Below are positions 49,275 to 61,699 of a stretch of DNA of 64,000 nucleotides, piece after piece. The position numbers and the translations under genes were made by a program. Numbering within the stretch: position 1 is the stretch's first letter; each line of letters opens with the position of its first letter. The notes below the pieces were generated by a model. That model was not told the origin of the DNA. It was given only the letters and a program-made list of their open reading frames with translations, and did no database searches. Origin of the DNA: Heptranchias perlo (taxonomy: Eukaryota); the NCBI RefSeq assembly GCF_035084215.1, contig NC_090334.1, positions 55,366,001 to 55,430,000 of the forward strand, in the 5' to 3' direction.

Positions 49275-51300
49275 CGGGGGGTGGGGGGGGAGAGAGAGCA
49301 ATGCCGGGGGGGGGGGGGGGTCGGGGGGGGGGGGGGTCGGGGGGGGGGGGGTCGGGGGGGGGGGGTCGGGGGGGGGGGGGGGTCGGGGGGGGGGGGTCGG
49401 GGGGGGGGGTGGGGGGAGCAATGCCCGGGGGTGGGGGGGGTGGGGAGAGCAATGCCCGGGGGTGGGGGGGGGTGGGGAGAGCAATGCCCGGGGGTGGGGG
49501 GGGTGGGGAGAGCAATGCCCGGGGGTGGGGAGAGCAATGCCCGGGGGGGGGGGGTGGGGAGAGCAATGCCCGGGGGGGGGGGGTGGGGAGAGCAATGCCC
49601 GGGGGGGGGGGGGGTGGGGAGAGCAATGCCCGGGGGGGGTGGGGGGTGGGGAGAGCAATGCCCGGGGGGGGTGGGGGGTGGGGAGAGCAATGCCCGGGGG
49701 GGGTGGGGGGTGGGGAGAGCAATGCCCGGGGGGGGTGGGGGGTGGGGAGAGCAATGCCCGGGGGGGGGGGGGGGAAGAGCAATGCGGGGGGGGGGGGGGG
49801 TGGGGAAGAGCAATGCCCGGGGGGGGGGGGGGGGTGGGGAGAGCAATGCCCGGGGGGGGTGGGGGGTGGGGAGAGCAATGCCCGGGGGGGGGGGGGGGGA
49901 AGAGCAATGCGGGGGGGGGGGGAAGAGCAATGCGGGGGGGGGGGGGGTGGGGAGAGCAATGCCCGGGGGGGGGGGGGGGTGGGGAGAGCAATGCCCGGGG
50001 GGGGTGGGGGGTGGGGAGAGCAATGCCCGGGGGGGGGGGGGGGAAGAGCAATGCGGGGGGGGGGGAAGAGCAATGCGGGGGGGGGGGGGGTGGGGAGAGC
50101 AATGCCCGGGGGGGGGGGGGGTGGGGAGAGCAATGCCCGGGGGGGGGGGGGGGGTGGGGAGAGCAATGCCCGGGGGGGGGGGGGGGGGTGGGGAGAGCAA
50201 TGCCCGGGGGGGGGGGGGGGGGGGGTGGGGAGAGCAATGCCCGGGGGGGGGGGGGGGGGGTGGGGAGAGCAATGCCCGGGGGGGGGGGGGGTGGGGAGAG
50301 CAATGCCCGGGGGGGTGGGGGTGGGGAGAGCAATGCCCGGGGGGGGGTGGGGGTGGGGAGAGCAATGCCCGGGGGGGGGTGGGGGTGGGGAGAGCAATGC
50401 CCGGGGGGGGGTGGGGGTGGGGAGAGCAATGCCCGGGGGGGGGGGGGGGTGGGGAGAGCAATGCCCGGGGGGGGGGGGGGGGGGTGGGGAGAGCAATGCC
50501 CGGGGGGGGGGGGTGGGGAGAGCAATGCCCGGGGGGGGGGGGGTGGGGAGAGCAATGTCCGGGGGGGGGGTGGGGAGAGCAATGTCCGGGGGGGGGGGGG
50601 GGGTGGGGAGAGCAATGCCCGGGATGGGGGGGGGGAGGAGGAGGAGCAATGCCCGGGATGGGGGGGGGGGGGAGGAGGAGCAATGCCCGGGATGGGGGGG
50701 GGGGGAGGAGGAGCAATGCCCGGGATGGGGGGGGGGGGAGGAGGAGCAGGAGCAATGCCCGGGATGGGGGGGGGGGGGAGGAGGAGCAATGCCCGGGATG
50801 GGGGGGGGGGGGAGGAGGAGCAATGCCCGGGATGGGGGGGGGGGGGGGGAGGAGGAGCAATGCCCGGGATGGGGGGGGGGGGGGAGGAGGAGCAATGCCC
50901 GGGATGGGGGGGGGGGGGAGGAGGAGCAATGCCCGGGATGGGGGGGGGGGGGGGGAGGAGGAGCAATGCCCGGGATGGGGGGGGGGGGGGGAGGAGCAAT
51001 GCCCGGGATGGGGGGGGGGGAGGAGGAGCAATGCCCGGGATGGGGGGGGGGGGAGGAGGAGGACGAGAGCAATGCCCGGGATGGGGGGGGGGGAGGAGGA
51101 GGACGAGAGCAATGCCCGGGATGGGGGGGGGGGGGGGGGGGGAAGGAGGACGAGAGCAATGCCCGGGATGGGGGGGGAGGGAAAGGAGGACGAGAGCAAT
51201 GCCCGGGATGAGGTGGGGGGGTGAGGAGGAGGCGGGGGAGCAATGCCCGGGATGGAGGAGGCGGGGGAGCAATGCCCGGGAGGAGGTGGGGGGAGAGCAG
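49275..51300. repeat. Extremely G-rich minisatellite (GAGCAATGCCCGG core plus poly-G), roughly 60-65 units
   Basis: A constant core is separated by variable G tracts; variant types are zoned along the array. Confidence 0.97.
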
Positions 51301-53435
51301 ACGTCATCTTGAAAAATGGATTGGAGTTTATTTCATTAACATTAACTCCGAAAAATGTTGTTGCTTTAAAAAACCTTGTAAAACAGAGTCTGGTGCGAAC
51401 CCGTTTTGGGGAATTGCCAATTCGGGGAAAGTTCACTCTGTAAAACGTGCTGTTACTATTTTTCCAGTATAAAGTGCTCTCTTCACATTATTTGAGTGTT
51501 ACGACTCTTTTGCCGCCACGCAAGAGAAACTGGTTTTTACCGCATTTAAATTTCAATTCGTCACGTCCTCACGAACAGACAATTCGGCTATATTATTACA
51601 CGTAACATCCTGTATTTATCTGAATTGGACACAGTTTAAAACGGTTTATGGTGAACCAGTTAAGTGTCGTTTTAATTGCGCTTGAGTAATACACATGACC
51701 TCCCATGTCCCGTGCAATTCAAAACTTTTCAAATACTATTTACATCTGGGAACTGCCATGAGAATTAGGGGTCAGTGCACGTAGTGTACATTCACAAGGG
51801 CGGCAATAAAACTTCAAAATCGAACAGCCCAGCTTTGTACCATAGAACATTACAGTGAACAAATAACCACGTTTACCATGTTCTGCACGAGTTCACGATC
51901 ACGTAAATCTGTATTCAACATGTGGAGAACATTGGCTACCCTGCAGTATTCCTGCACAATAAACAAAAGCCAAGAGGGAAGGACTGACTACAACAAAATC
52001 ACACGAGGGCAAAACTAAGTGCCACAGATGTCTAACGGAAGGACTTCACCAACACTCTTCCTCATGCCATCCTCAATTCTGACCACGTGCTATTTACTGT
52101 GCTATTTCACGTAATTTCTCGATGGTAAAGTGCTATACTATGGTGTACACGCCAAAAGATATACACTGCAATCAGAGTTAAGTATACTTCATTGCAATGG
52201 CCATCGTTTTGTGTCACAGGAGCCATATATTTTTTAAACTTCGCAAAGCTTTAACACTAAAGATGAATTACCTACACCTTATTGGGTCTTTATTCTTTAA
52301 AAGAACTGCACGTTCTACACATAGTAGAAATAACAAGGATGGGTACTTGGACAGAAATTTGACAAATAACAAATTTGTGGATACAAAAATAGAAATTCAG
52401 ACATTTAAAAAAATTCTTGACATTGAAACTGGCATTAGGCAAAGGAACCCTATGGAAGAACAAGTACAAAACTTCCAGCATGGAGTAAGGGCTCTCAGTC
52501 TCCACTTACAGTCAGCAGTCCTTCTCTCTGGGCCAGCTACTGACTGTACGTGACAGTCTTCTGCTGGTGCCCTGTTCTTTTCAAATCAGTTAAGAGTCGT
52601 TTAAAATTGATAAGATCTTTGTTAGGTAAGACAGGTAAATGGAGTTGAGATACAGATCAGCCATGGTCTAACTGAATAGCCTACTCCTGTTCCTAAAGCA
52701 GAAAGACACATTTAGCTTTCATCAGGAGAACGAAGGTGGGAAAATTCTTGACTATGAAGTCCCTCCCTGCAGTTTAAAGGCACAATATAAATCCAGGTTC
52801 TTTTCTTTCGTTACTACACCAGTTTATCAATGCATTTTGTTGTGTGTAGATATACACATCTGGAAACAAAGTTCTGTATGCAATTTGCAACCTGCATCTA
52901 TTTTTCAACCCGTATCTTTTAACAACTCTCATTTTTCATTGCAACAAATAAAAATTTCAGTTATAAAAATAGAAAAATTATACTGCAAGCCTTCAGTACT
53001 CTTGGTCCATCAACCTTTCCCATAAGCAGAATGAGATTCTTTGAAAATTAAGACTTCAGCGAGTGTATATGGTGCGAAGATATTCTACTAAGAAAATAAG
53101 CACACAAGTTGCAAGGAGCCTACAGGTACATCCAGTCTTGCAGTGACCTTTCAATAAAACTCCATGATTGCCTTACAACAAACTTGTCCAGTCATTTAAG
53201 CACTTCCAGTGGCAACCTAACTAAAGGACCTTTTTATATTACTGCCAGAAATTTGAGAGAGCGGGCTAAGACCACTGCTCTCCTGAATTTATCTTGCAAA
53301 TTGTCCCACTAGTCACTTTTTTTTTCTCCTGGATTCAGTAGGCGGGCAAGGGCCATAATTTTGCTCTGCTCTCTGCTCAGACCTCCACTCAGTTCGGCTC
53401 AGGAGTGTCGACTGGAAGTGTAGTCAGAATGACGC

Positions 53436-54602
53436 TTTTTTTTTCTTTTTAATCTTTGTGTGTTTTAGGCCCCACTTTTATAAGGGGGATTAGGGTGTGT
53501 GTTCATGTGCAGAAAACCAATAAACCCAAAATAAGTGTCAAATTAAAATTTTATTATATCGGTCCAGGATGCACTCCAGTCCCTGCGGTGCCCACCGGTC
53601 GCGGAAAGCCTCAAGCGTACCGGCAGACACCGCGTGCTCCCTCTCCAGGGCTACCCGGGCGCAGAGAATTCCGCGGAAGAGAGGCAGACAGTCGGAGCGA
53701 CCGCCCCCACGGGCCAGGTCTAACCTGGACCTGTGGATGGCCACCTTGGACAGGCCCAGGAGCAGGCCCACGAGGACGTCCACCGACCTGCCTGCCCACC
53801 CCCCAACCGGGTGACCAAAGATCAGGAGCATGGGACTGAAGTGCAGCCAGAACTGGAGGAGCAGCCCCCTTAAATAGTCAAACAGGGGCTGCAGCCTCCC
53901 ACACCCTGTGAATAAATGAAACATGGACTCATCCAGGCCGCAGAAACTGTAGGCGGCCTGGGAGTCCGTGAAATGGTGTAAACACCTGTTGGTCGCGACT
54001 GCTCCGTGCAACACTCTCCACCCCAGATCCCCAATGGCACATGGGAGGATCCCCGAGTAGAGAGCCCTCCACTGGGGACCCCCGCCTCTGCCGGACGGCA
54101 GGATGGTACGCCAGGACGTGTCCGGGCAAGAGACGAGGGCGAGGAAGTGGAGAGTGCGCAGGAGCAGCCCGTACAGGAAATCCCTCCGCGCAGAGTGAAA
54201 TGGCACGGAGCAAATTTCCGAGAGACGGCTCAAGTTGTGAGGCACAGTCCCCCGAGGGAGGTTTCGGGGCCTGACGCCGATGAGGAATTCCATCCGAACG
54301 GGGGTCAGATCGGACGGGATGGCTCCACACGCTTGAGCTTCCTCCACACCCCGAGTGGAGTCAGGGCCGAGTGCCACTTTCAATGCCCAGATGGCGGCGG
54401 CCGCATCCCAGACACACCACAAGGACATCTGTGCAGCCAGTGTCCCCGGCGCCATCCAGCCCGCCCCTCCGCCATCCAGGGCGTCTGTGACTCTGGTTAC
54501 CTTACCGGCCAGGGCCCTCTCCTCCGTCAGCCGCGAGCCACCGAAGCCAACACCGCGGAGGAACGGATTCCTGAGCAGCGGCTCCTGCAGGACGGCCGCC
54601 AT
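53436..54602 (-). mobile_element. 5'-truncated L1-Tx1 clade LINE (ORF2 C-terminus with zf-RVT-like motif, 3' UTR and poly-A)
   Basis: Open frame containing GDLGWRVLHG...YSFCG..ESMFHLFTGC and FRDRW; GC-rich relative to the flanks; A-rich tail at 53436-53450. Confidence 0.9.
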
Positions 54603-57296
54603 ACTAGTCACTGTTGACCTCTGGCAAAGTGCATTCCAAGAGATGCTGAAACTCAATGTAGATCAGGCTGCTGCAGCACTTTTACTGGCCAAGATTAGAC
54701 TGCTAACACCAAGGAAAAATAGGGGTTCCTTTCTGCTGGTCTAACTCCCACCCCCCTCAGAAGTTTTATATTGATCCGGTTACCAGCCTGTGGAAGCCAG
54801 TGGCCAAAAATCAACATAAAAGCAGCGTTGTTAGAATTTAATACATTTTGATTCAGAGGCCAGGGAAAAAGACATAGTAACTGTAGAATGGTGCTTTTTT
54901 CTAATTTTATACACTGCACTGTCAAGCTGAATAATACCTAGTGACTTTAAACAGGCTTCCTGAATCCAGTATTTTTACCCTCATAACAGCCATTTCTCAT
55001 TTTCTTTTAAGGAGTGGGACAATGTCAGACAAAAAAACCAAACTTTTCAATGATATCAACAGCTGAATCAGTCCAGTCAACCATCTAAAACATGCTCATG
55101 TAAGATGCTTACTCAACATTAGGTATAAAGTAATTTGAAGATGTAATCAATTGTTGCAAGATGTATTCTTTGAATGGATACTTCATAGACTTTGTTGCTT
55201 CTTTTAAGCCTAAAGGAAATGATGTCTCACTAGGATTTCAGTAAGTGCAATGGCGAGCATATAAAATGTTCATACTATTTCCACTGTGAAAAATGCCAAG
55301 CTATACAATTGTAGATTCTGTCCTTCCACACTTGGGTTATGTTTGCAAACAGCATTTTGGACTGTGCCTCAATCCTGCTACACCCCCCCCACCACAACGA
55401 AAAACAATGTTTGTACGTCCATACCCATGGGTTAGTAGTGGTTAAATTAAATCAGGTTATTGATCAGATGAAAAATTAAAGCTGTAAGTCAATGCTTTCG
55501 TAGCTCCTAAACTCCAAATTCCTAGTTACTTGTCAACATTAGTAAAATGTTTGGCAACTGCTGTTTTGATAACTGAAATTGCACTATGATGTTTTATATT
55601 TAAACATTTAACATGTTTGAATGAGACATTCTGATTCTGTATTTTCCTTCAACATTTAGTAAACTGGATTGTTTTGTTCATTATTTGAGTTATGCTGTTT
55701 GCAGCACATGACTCAACATTCCAGGATGCTGAGTCAGTAACCAGTATTCATTTTGTCATTCCTGCCAATCTTGTTCAGATAGCCCTGAGCAGCACAAAAG
55801 AACATTAGCTGCTGATTCACCAGTTTTTCCCTACAAAATAATGAAACATGTCTCTCTATTCTGCTTCACTATCGGTCATATTGATACACTACAGGGCCTC
55901 AAACATCTAGGTATTACAAGACTCAAGAGACACACTTATTAGACATCCACACCCATGGAGAATACTAGGTAATGATTTGAGAAGCCCAGTAATATTTTAA
56001 AACAAAATATCAATACCCATAAGATATGCTTTGCCTGCAGAGATCCTAGTTACAGCCACCCAGAAAATAGCAGCAGTTAACTTTTAGTTTTAGAACAACT
56101 ACTAGGATTTATATAGTGCTCCTAACATTAGAAAAATGCCCATTTCTCAAACCATAGTTTTGACCATTTGCCTCTTTTTTGGCACCATCCGTAGAAGGTT
56201 ACCAGCTCCTAGTCCTTTGTCAATGCCACTAGAAGACACGAAAACTGCTAGGATGATTTGTCTGCGCATTTTGTCTCAGGGGAATCCTTATCTTCCACTT
56301 TGTGCCTCAGCCAGACCAAAACCAAAAGTATGGGGAATCATGGCCACAACCCTACATCTCACACAATGCACTACATTATTATACTAATGTGTTGAGTCAC
56401 TAGGCTGCCCAGCACCCAGGTCAATTTAATTTCAGTAATTTTACATTATTTACCAATAAAGTTATAACTGGTAACATCAAAATAAATCAATAAAGCTGAA
56501 CAAAGCACTGCATTCCCTTTTGAGAAAACAATGCCTTGATTTCAGCCAAGGATATACCCTGTCTTGGATAGTGAATTTGGTGACAATTACTCCAAATTAA
56601 GACATGTAGTTTCTGAATTGCCAGCCTTTCAATTTCACAGCTAAAATTCAAAAGAGAAGTTTTAAAATTGGAATTTTGTTTTTTTTAAAATCTAAATTAT
56701 GTAATTTGAGTGCTTTGCTGTACTTGTTTTTTTCTTTTTTGCTGGGTGTCATTGGAAACGGAGACGTAACACCACTCCATGATTACTTTATAATCTCCCA
56801 GGACATCTTAAGTGCACCATCTAAGCATAGCACATATCACACCATGAAAAGTGTTTAGTTTCCTCAAACGTTTATCAAGTCCTGCTCCACTGGAAGAAAA
56901 GAACTATTTTCGTTCTATGGATTGTACCGATTTATTAATGAGACAATTCAACTTCAAAATTATTCAGAATACATCCAGAACAGACACTTTTGAGCTTCAA
57001 ATGAAACTACACTTCAAAAGAGAACTCAAAAATACAATTTCTCCAAGTATCTCCCTACTTCTGTTGAAGATATTGACTCCTCACTAGGACACAGTTCTAC
57101 AGGTGCCAGGCAATGTCCAGTACATCACCCTCATAACCATTAATCAAGTGTGACTTGGACAGTGAGTATCAGCAAACTATTTCAGAGGGGGGGGCATCAT
57201 AGTCAAGCCCAATCTGGTTATCGCCAAATAACCATGTAAAAAACTTGCAGCAGAGCTTACAGAATAGCAATCAGAAATGGGAACCTGGCTGATACT

Positions 57297-58088
57297 CTTT
57301 TTTTATTCGTTCATGGGATGTGGGCGTCGCTGGCGAGGCCGGCATTTATTATCCATCCCTAATTGCCCTCGAGAAGGTGGTGGTGAGCCGCCTTCTTGAA
57401 CCGCTGCAGTCCGTGTGGTGACGGTTCTCCCACAGTGCTGTTAGGAAGGGAGTTCCAGGATTTTGACCCAGTGACGATGAAGGAACGGCGATATATTTCC
57501 AAGTCGGGATGGTGTGTGGCTTGGAGGGGAACGTGCAGGTGGTGTTGTTCCCATGTGCCTGCTACTCGTCCTTCTAGGTGGTAGTTGTCGCGGGTTTGGG
57601 AGGTACTGTCGAAGAAGCCTTGGCGAGTTGCTGCAGTGCATCCTGTGGATGGTACACACTGCAGCCACTGTGCGCCGGTGGTGAAGGGAGTGAATGTTTA
57701 GGGTGTTGGATGGGGTGCCAATCAAGTGGGCTGCTTTGTCCTGGATGGTGTTGAGCTTCTTGAGTGTTGTTGGAGCTGCACTCATCCAAGCAAGTGGAGA
57801 GTATTCCATCACACTCCTGACTTGTGCCTTGTAGATGATGGAAAGGCTTTGGGGAGTCAGGAGGTGAGTCACTCGCTGCAGAATACCTAGCCTCTGACCT
57901 GCTCTTGTAGCCACAGTATTTATATGGCTGGTCCAGTTAAGTTTCTGGTCAATGGTGACCCCCAAGATGTTGATGGTGGGGGATTCGGCGATAGTAATGC
58001 CGTTGAATGTCAAGGGGAGGTGGTTAGACTCTCTCTTATTGGAGATGGTCATTGCCTGGCACAAATGTTACTTGCCACTTATGAGCCA
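57297..58088 (-). mobile_element. LINE 3' fragment, same family as 860-2129, inserted into an ancient SINE
   Basis: Peptide LGVTIDQKLNWTSHIN...KAQVRSVMEYSPL with a near-identical 3' end; host SINE halves lie on either side. Confidence 0.9.
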
Positions 58089-58379
58089 GGGGCACTGAGG
58101 TAATTTGCCATGCTCCGATTGCTGCCCTGCTAACATCACCTAACTCAACAAAGACCAGAGTCCTTCCTGAGCTACTCACCAATAAATTCAGTGAAGGCAG
58201 TTCTTTTATTAAGTTGCTAATACTGGAAAATCTCTTATCTAAAAGGAAACAGTTGGAGTAACTTAGTTCCTTTTGCAAATATCAACATCCACATTAAACT
58301 TCAGCACTTGACTGAAACATCTCCTTCAGCTCCCCCAGTGACCCAGCTGTGCCTCAGATCACTTGACAGAATGCAGAAA

Positions 58380-58673
58380 TAACGGATATTCTTTCAGAGC
58401 TAGTCTGTTACGCAATTCAACCAATGAAAACCGATTAGTTGGGCTTGCGCTCCTAAATGTTCACTGGGATATTGTAGTGAATGGTAGCGAAGTTATTTAC
58501 AGCTTTTGGACTTCATGCTTTAAAGCTTTTGTCCAACATCTTTTTATTGGAACCTTATCGTGGAATTTTTATTTGAAAAACAGGCATTTTAAGTAGTTTT
58601 GTTTGGTCTGGCAAGCTCAGATCCAAACACCGGCCCAGCCCGCCCGGAATAAAAAATCCTGCCTACGCCACTG
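58380..58673 (+). mobile_element. hAT DNA transposon 3' remnant
   Basis: Peptide LRNSTNENRLVGLALLNVHWDI resembles the hAT C-terminal dimerisation motif; ends in TIR-like AAATCCTGCCTACGCCACTG. Confidence 0.55.
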
Positions 58674-59039
58674 CAAGTTGGTAAAGTGTATGACTGACGT
58701 CTACCGCATTATACATTCCTACAACACAAGAGGTATTTCCATTCAGCGAAATAAATGCACAATTTATCTGACAGTGAGTAAAATCCTCTGAATTAATAGA
58801 CTTGAAATTACCAATGGAAGATCTGTCAGTTTTCGCCATAACACAAATCCTGCTTTGACTCTACTTCCTGACTTCTATTTCCCAACATCTGATGTAATGG
58901 TCAACAAAAAAAATCAGACATAAATATAGGGGCGGTGGGGGGAGATCATCTAAACTTAGTTTCCTGCAGCAAGCATATATTTTCTGCAAGTAAAACAATC
59001 CGGAATTAAAAGTGCTTTATGATTTTAAACAGGGCAAAT

Positions 59040-59495
59040 ATTTCTCACCAGCAGGCCCTGGACCGGTTAACAGATGATGGGAGATGGAGCACCCACACCA
59101 GTTGACAAAAGGCGATTAAAGAGCGACTGCAGCCAGGCCACAAACTCAGCGCTGCAACTGCCCGGGGCCCGGGGCCCGGGGCCCGGGGCCCGGGGCCGAG
59201 TCTGCGACTCTTCCTCCCCCCCCAGTTACAATGTTTAAATAAGCTCCGCAACCAGCCCGCGCTTACCATGTAAGAGAGTCCGGGTGAGGGGGCGCCAGTT
59301 ACCGGGGAACTTATCTCGATGCCTCCGCGCATCACCGGAGACTTTCAGGCAGCCCGCGCCGGGCTGGCCTCATGATGAGAAACAACAAGGCGACTTCCCA
59401 TTGGCGCAAACTCGTACCAATAGCAACCGCTAGAGGCCGGAGAGGGGCTACAGAACCACTACCCGCCTGGAGCCACAGGCGGCGCTGTGGAGTCA
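59040..59495 (-). promoter_or_regulatory. Orphan CpG island / promoter with a minus-strand splice donor
   Basis: CpG-rich; CCAAT in both orientations, TTGGCGC and an X-box-like GTACCAATAGCAAC; ATG|GTAAGC at 59269-59261. Confidence 0.6.
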
Positions 59496-59498
59496 CAA

Positions 59499-59950
59499 AA
59501 GGTAAAATACTGCAGATACTGGAAATCTGAAATAAAAACAGAAAATGCTGGTAATACTCAGCAGACCAGGCAGTCTGCCTCTCTTCCACTGCTTTGTCCG
59601 TGCCCGGTGGCCCTAGGGAGGGAACACGCCTTCTGCGACCAGTGGCACCGCAGGGACTGGAGTGCATAGTCGACACCAGCAGCATTATTATTTAATTTGA
59701 TAAGTTTCCTTTGTCTTCTGTATGATTTGGGTGTTAGTTAGTTGTGCCCCTCTAAAAAGGGAACACTTTTGTTAGCTTTCATTTGTTTGGGTTGATGACA
59801 TTGGGGCAACCCAGTTTCAGCTCTATGAACTTTTGTCAAAATGTTTCAGCTGGTTCTGACAGAGGGTCATAGACCTGAACCGCTAACCTTCCTTTCTCCA
59901 CAGATGCTGCCTGACCTGCTAAGTGTTTCCAGCATTTTCTGTTTTTATTC
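59499..59950. mobile_element. Fold-back Penelope-like repeat containing a nested Tx1 3' fragment (~59585-59780, +)
   Basis: Inverted ends AATAAAAACAGAAAATGCTGG / CCAGCATTTTCTGTTTTTATT; internal GGCACCGCAGGGACTGGAGTGCAT matches the Tx1 copy at ~53570-53595. Confidence 0.7.
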
Positions 59951-60269
59951 CACCCCTTACACAGGTGGCACTATGGAATCAATACCACCCGATACACAGG
60001 AGGTGCTGTCGAGACAATACCACCCCGTACACAGGACATGCTGGTGGCGCTGAAGAGTCTATACCCACTCTGTACACAAGTGGTACTGTGAAGGCTATAT
60101 TCGAGGGGAGACCTACATCAAGGGCATCCTTCTACTCAGCTGAGCTGAAGTGTTAGGCTGAGTATTTCCTTAATTGAGAGCCGGGTTATAACTCAACAGA
60201 TGATGCATATGAAACTCATGAATTCACGTCCTAATTTATTTAAAAGTGATAATCTGATACAGTGCTGCT

Positions 60270-60600
60270 AAACAAAAACAATTTTGTTCTAATCTCCAAA
60301 GTATACCAAGAAAGTAGGACCAGAGGACATAAATTAAAATAGTGAAAAGTAAATTTAGCACAGGTATATTTTAGAAAAACTTCATTAAACAAAGAGTGAT
60401 GAATGTTTGGAGTAATCTACCAAGCAAGCTAATAGATGCAAAAATAGATGCCATGATAAGGTAGTGAAGACATGATTCTGTGAACTTACACTCCCAGTGG
60501 GGAATCTGTAAGCAGGGAGCATGGAGTTGCGTAATTTGCCTTTTAACGTGATAAGATGGCTGTTGATGACCCAAGTTGGCCATTTGTCATTCCTGTTTCT
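60270..60600 (+). mobile_element. Old CR1 3' end
   Basis: Degenerate F..RVMNVWSNLP-like peptide and a CR1 3' UTR. Confidence 0.55.
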
Positions 60601-60929
60601 TATTAAACGTGTGAGATAATTTTCCAGAACTTTCAGTACTGGGCTGAGAAAACTGCACACATTTCAGGAGCAATTTATTGTCTAAATAAAGGCCACATGA
60701 AAGTAAATAAATAAATTAAAATGTACCAGGACAATGTAGTTGTTACATTAATATCTACAGAATGTCTAAAATGGATGAATCCCTCTATTCCTTCATCTAT
60801 TATATATGTGTGGTTAGAGGGTACTTTTGAAGTTATAAATTACTGCAGGAATTCAGATGATATATGTCTTGAGAGCAGAAATGGAGTAGATTTATGTGTT
60901 ATATGAACCCATGAAATCCTTCCTTCTTC

Positions 60930-61500
60930 CTTCTTTCAGCCTCTGCATTCTCAATGATTTTGATATGCATCTCAGCCCCCCTTGTCCTCACTACTTAAAT
61001 TCACCACCCTCGTGTCCTACCTAAGCCTCTCCCTCCATATAAACTCTCCTACCTATATTCACAACCACCCCCCTCAAACTCACGATCTCCTGTGGCCTCT
61101 CTACTCCTGTGATCTCGATCACCCATCCTTCCCCCCTTACCCTCTTTCGAACCTACTTGCTGCTGCATCCACATTTGAAAAAAAAACACTCTCCCAAGTT
61201 GCTTATACGTGCACTCTCGACTCAGTAGCCTTTGGCCTTGCATTTGCCACAATACTTCCACAACTGTTCGTTTGTTCAACCACTCCTCACCTCTACCTTA
61301 AATGTCCTTGTCCCTAGGAAAACCTTCACCGTCTCCCATCCCGGTCATTTTCCCCCTCCCCCATCTTTGCTCCCTCATGTTCAAGGGGTGCAAACTTAAG
61401 CATAGCTGGTGTACAACTTGCTTAGCAATCCATTGACAGATCTAGCTTGACCATATCAAGCTCTAATGGACCTCATTCTCCTCTGCCAAAACCACTCACT
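60930..61500 (+). mobile_element. Old L2-type endonuclease-region fragment
   Basis: Pyrimidine-rich degenerate L2-like sequence. Confidence 0.4.
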
Positions 61501-61699
61501 AATCTAGGTTTATTCTGGAGGGCAAATATATTTTACATTTCTGCCACCATTGATTGGCACTTAATTGGGGCTTAAAGGGAGGAATATTCATGCTGAGGAA
61601 TGAAATCATCCAGTGTCCTTTCCTCTGTTCCAAAAATTTGGCATAACTCCCAAGTTGCAAAAGGACCATAATGATTTTTTTCATTTCCCAGGCTAGCCA

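Noticed and set aside
49072-51436. 600-700 aa Gly- or Pro-rich ORFs in all six frames
   Set aside because: Artefact of a stop-free G-rich tandem repeat; the variable G-run lengths do not preserve frame.
54603-54656. N-terminal part of the 372-aa ORF as a host gene start
   Set aside because: It lies in and beyond the TSD and begins at a non-ATG codon; it is a chance open flank of a truncated Tx1.
55307-55375. Possible intronic H/ACA snoRNA 3' hairpin on the minus strand
   Set aside because: Short stems, wrong pocket-to-ACA spacing, and no H box or 5' hairpin.
60371-60583. GHQQ peptide as RPS29 (a syntenic neighbour in human)
   Set aside because: No other RPS29 residues are present, and it is antisense to a CR1 3' remnant. 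No 7SL-like sequence was seen in the window either.
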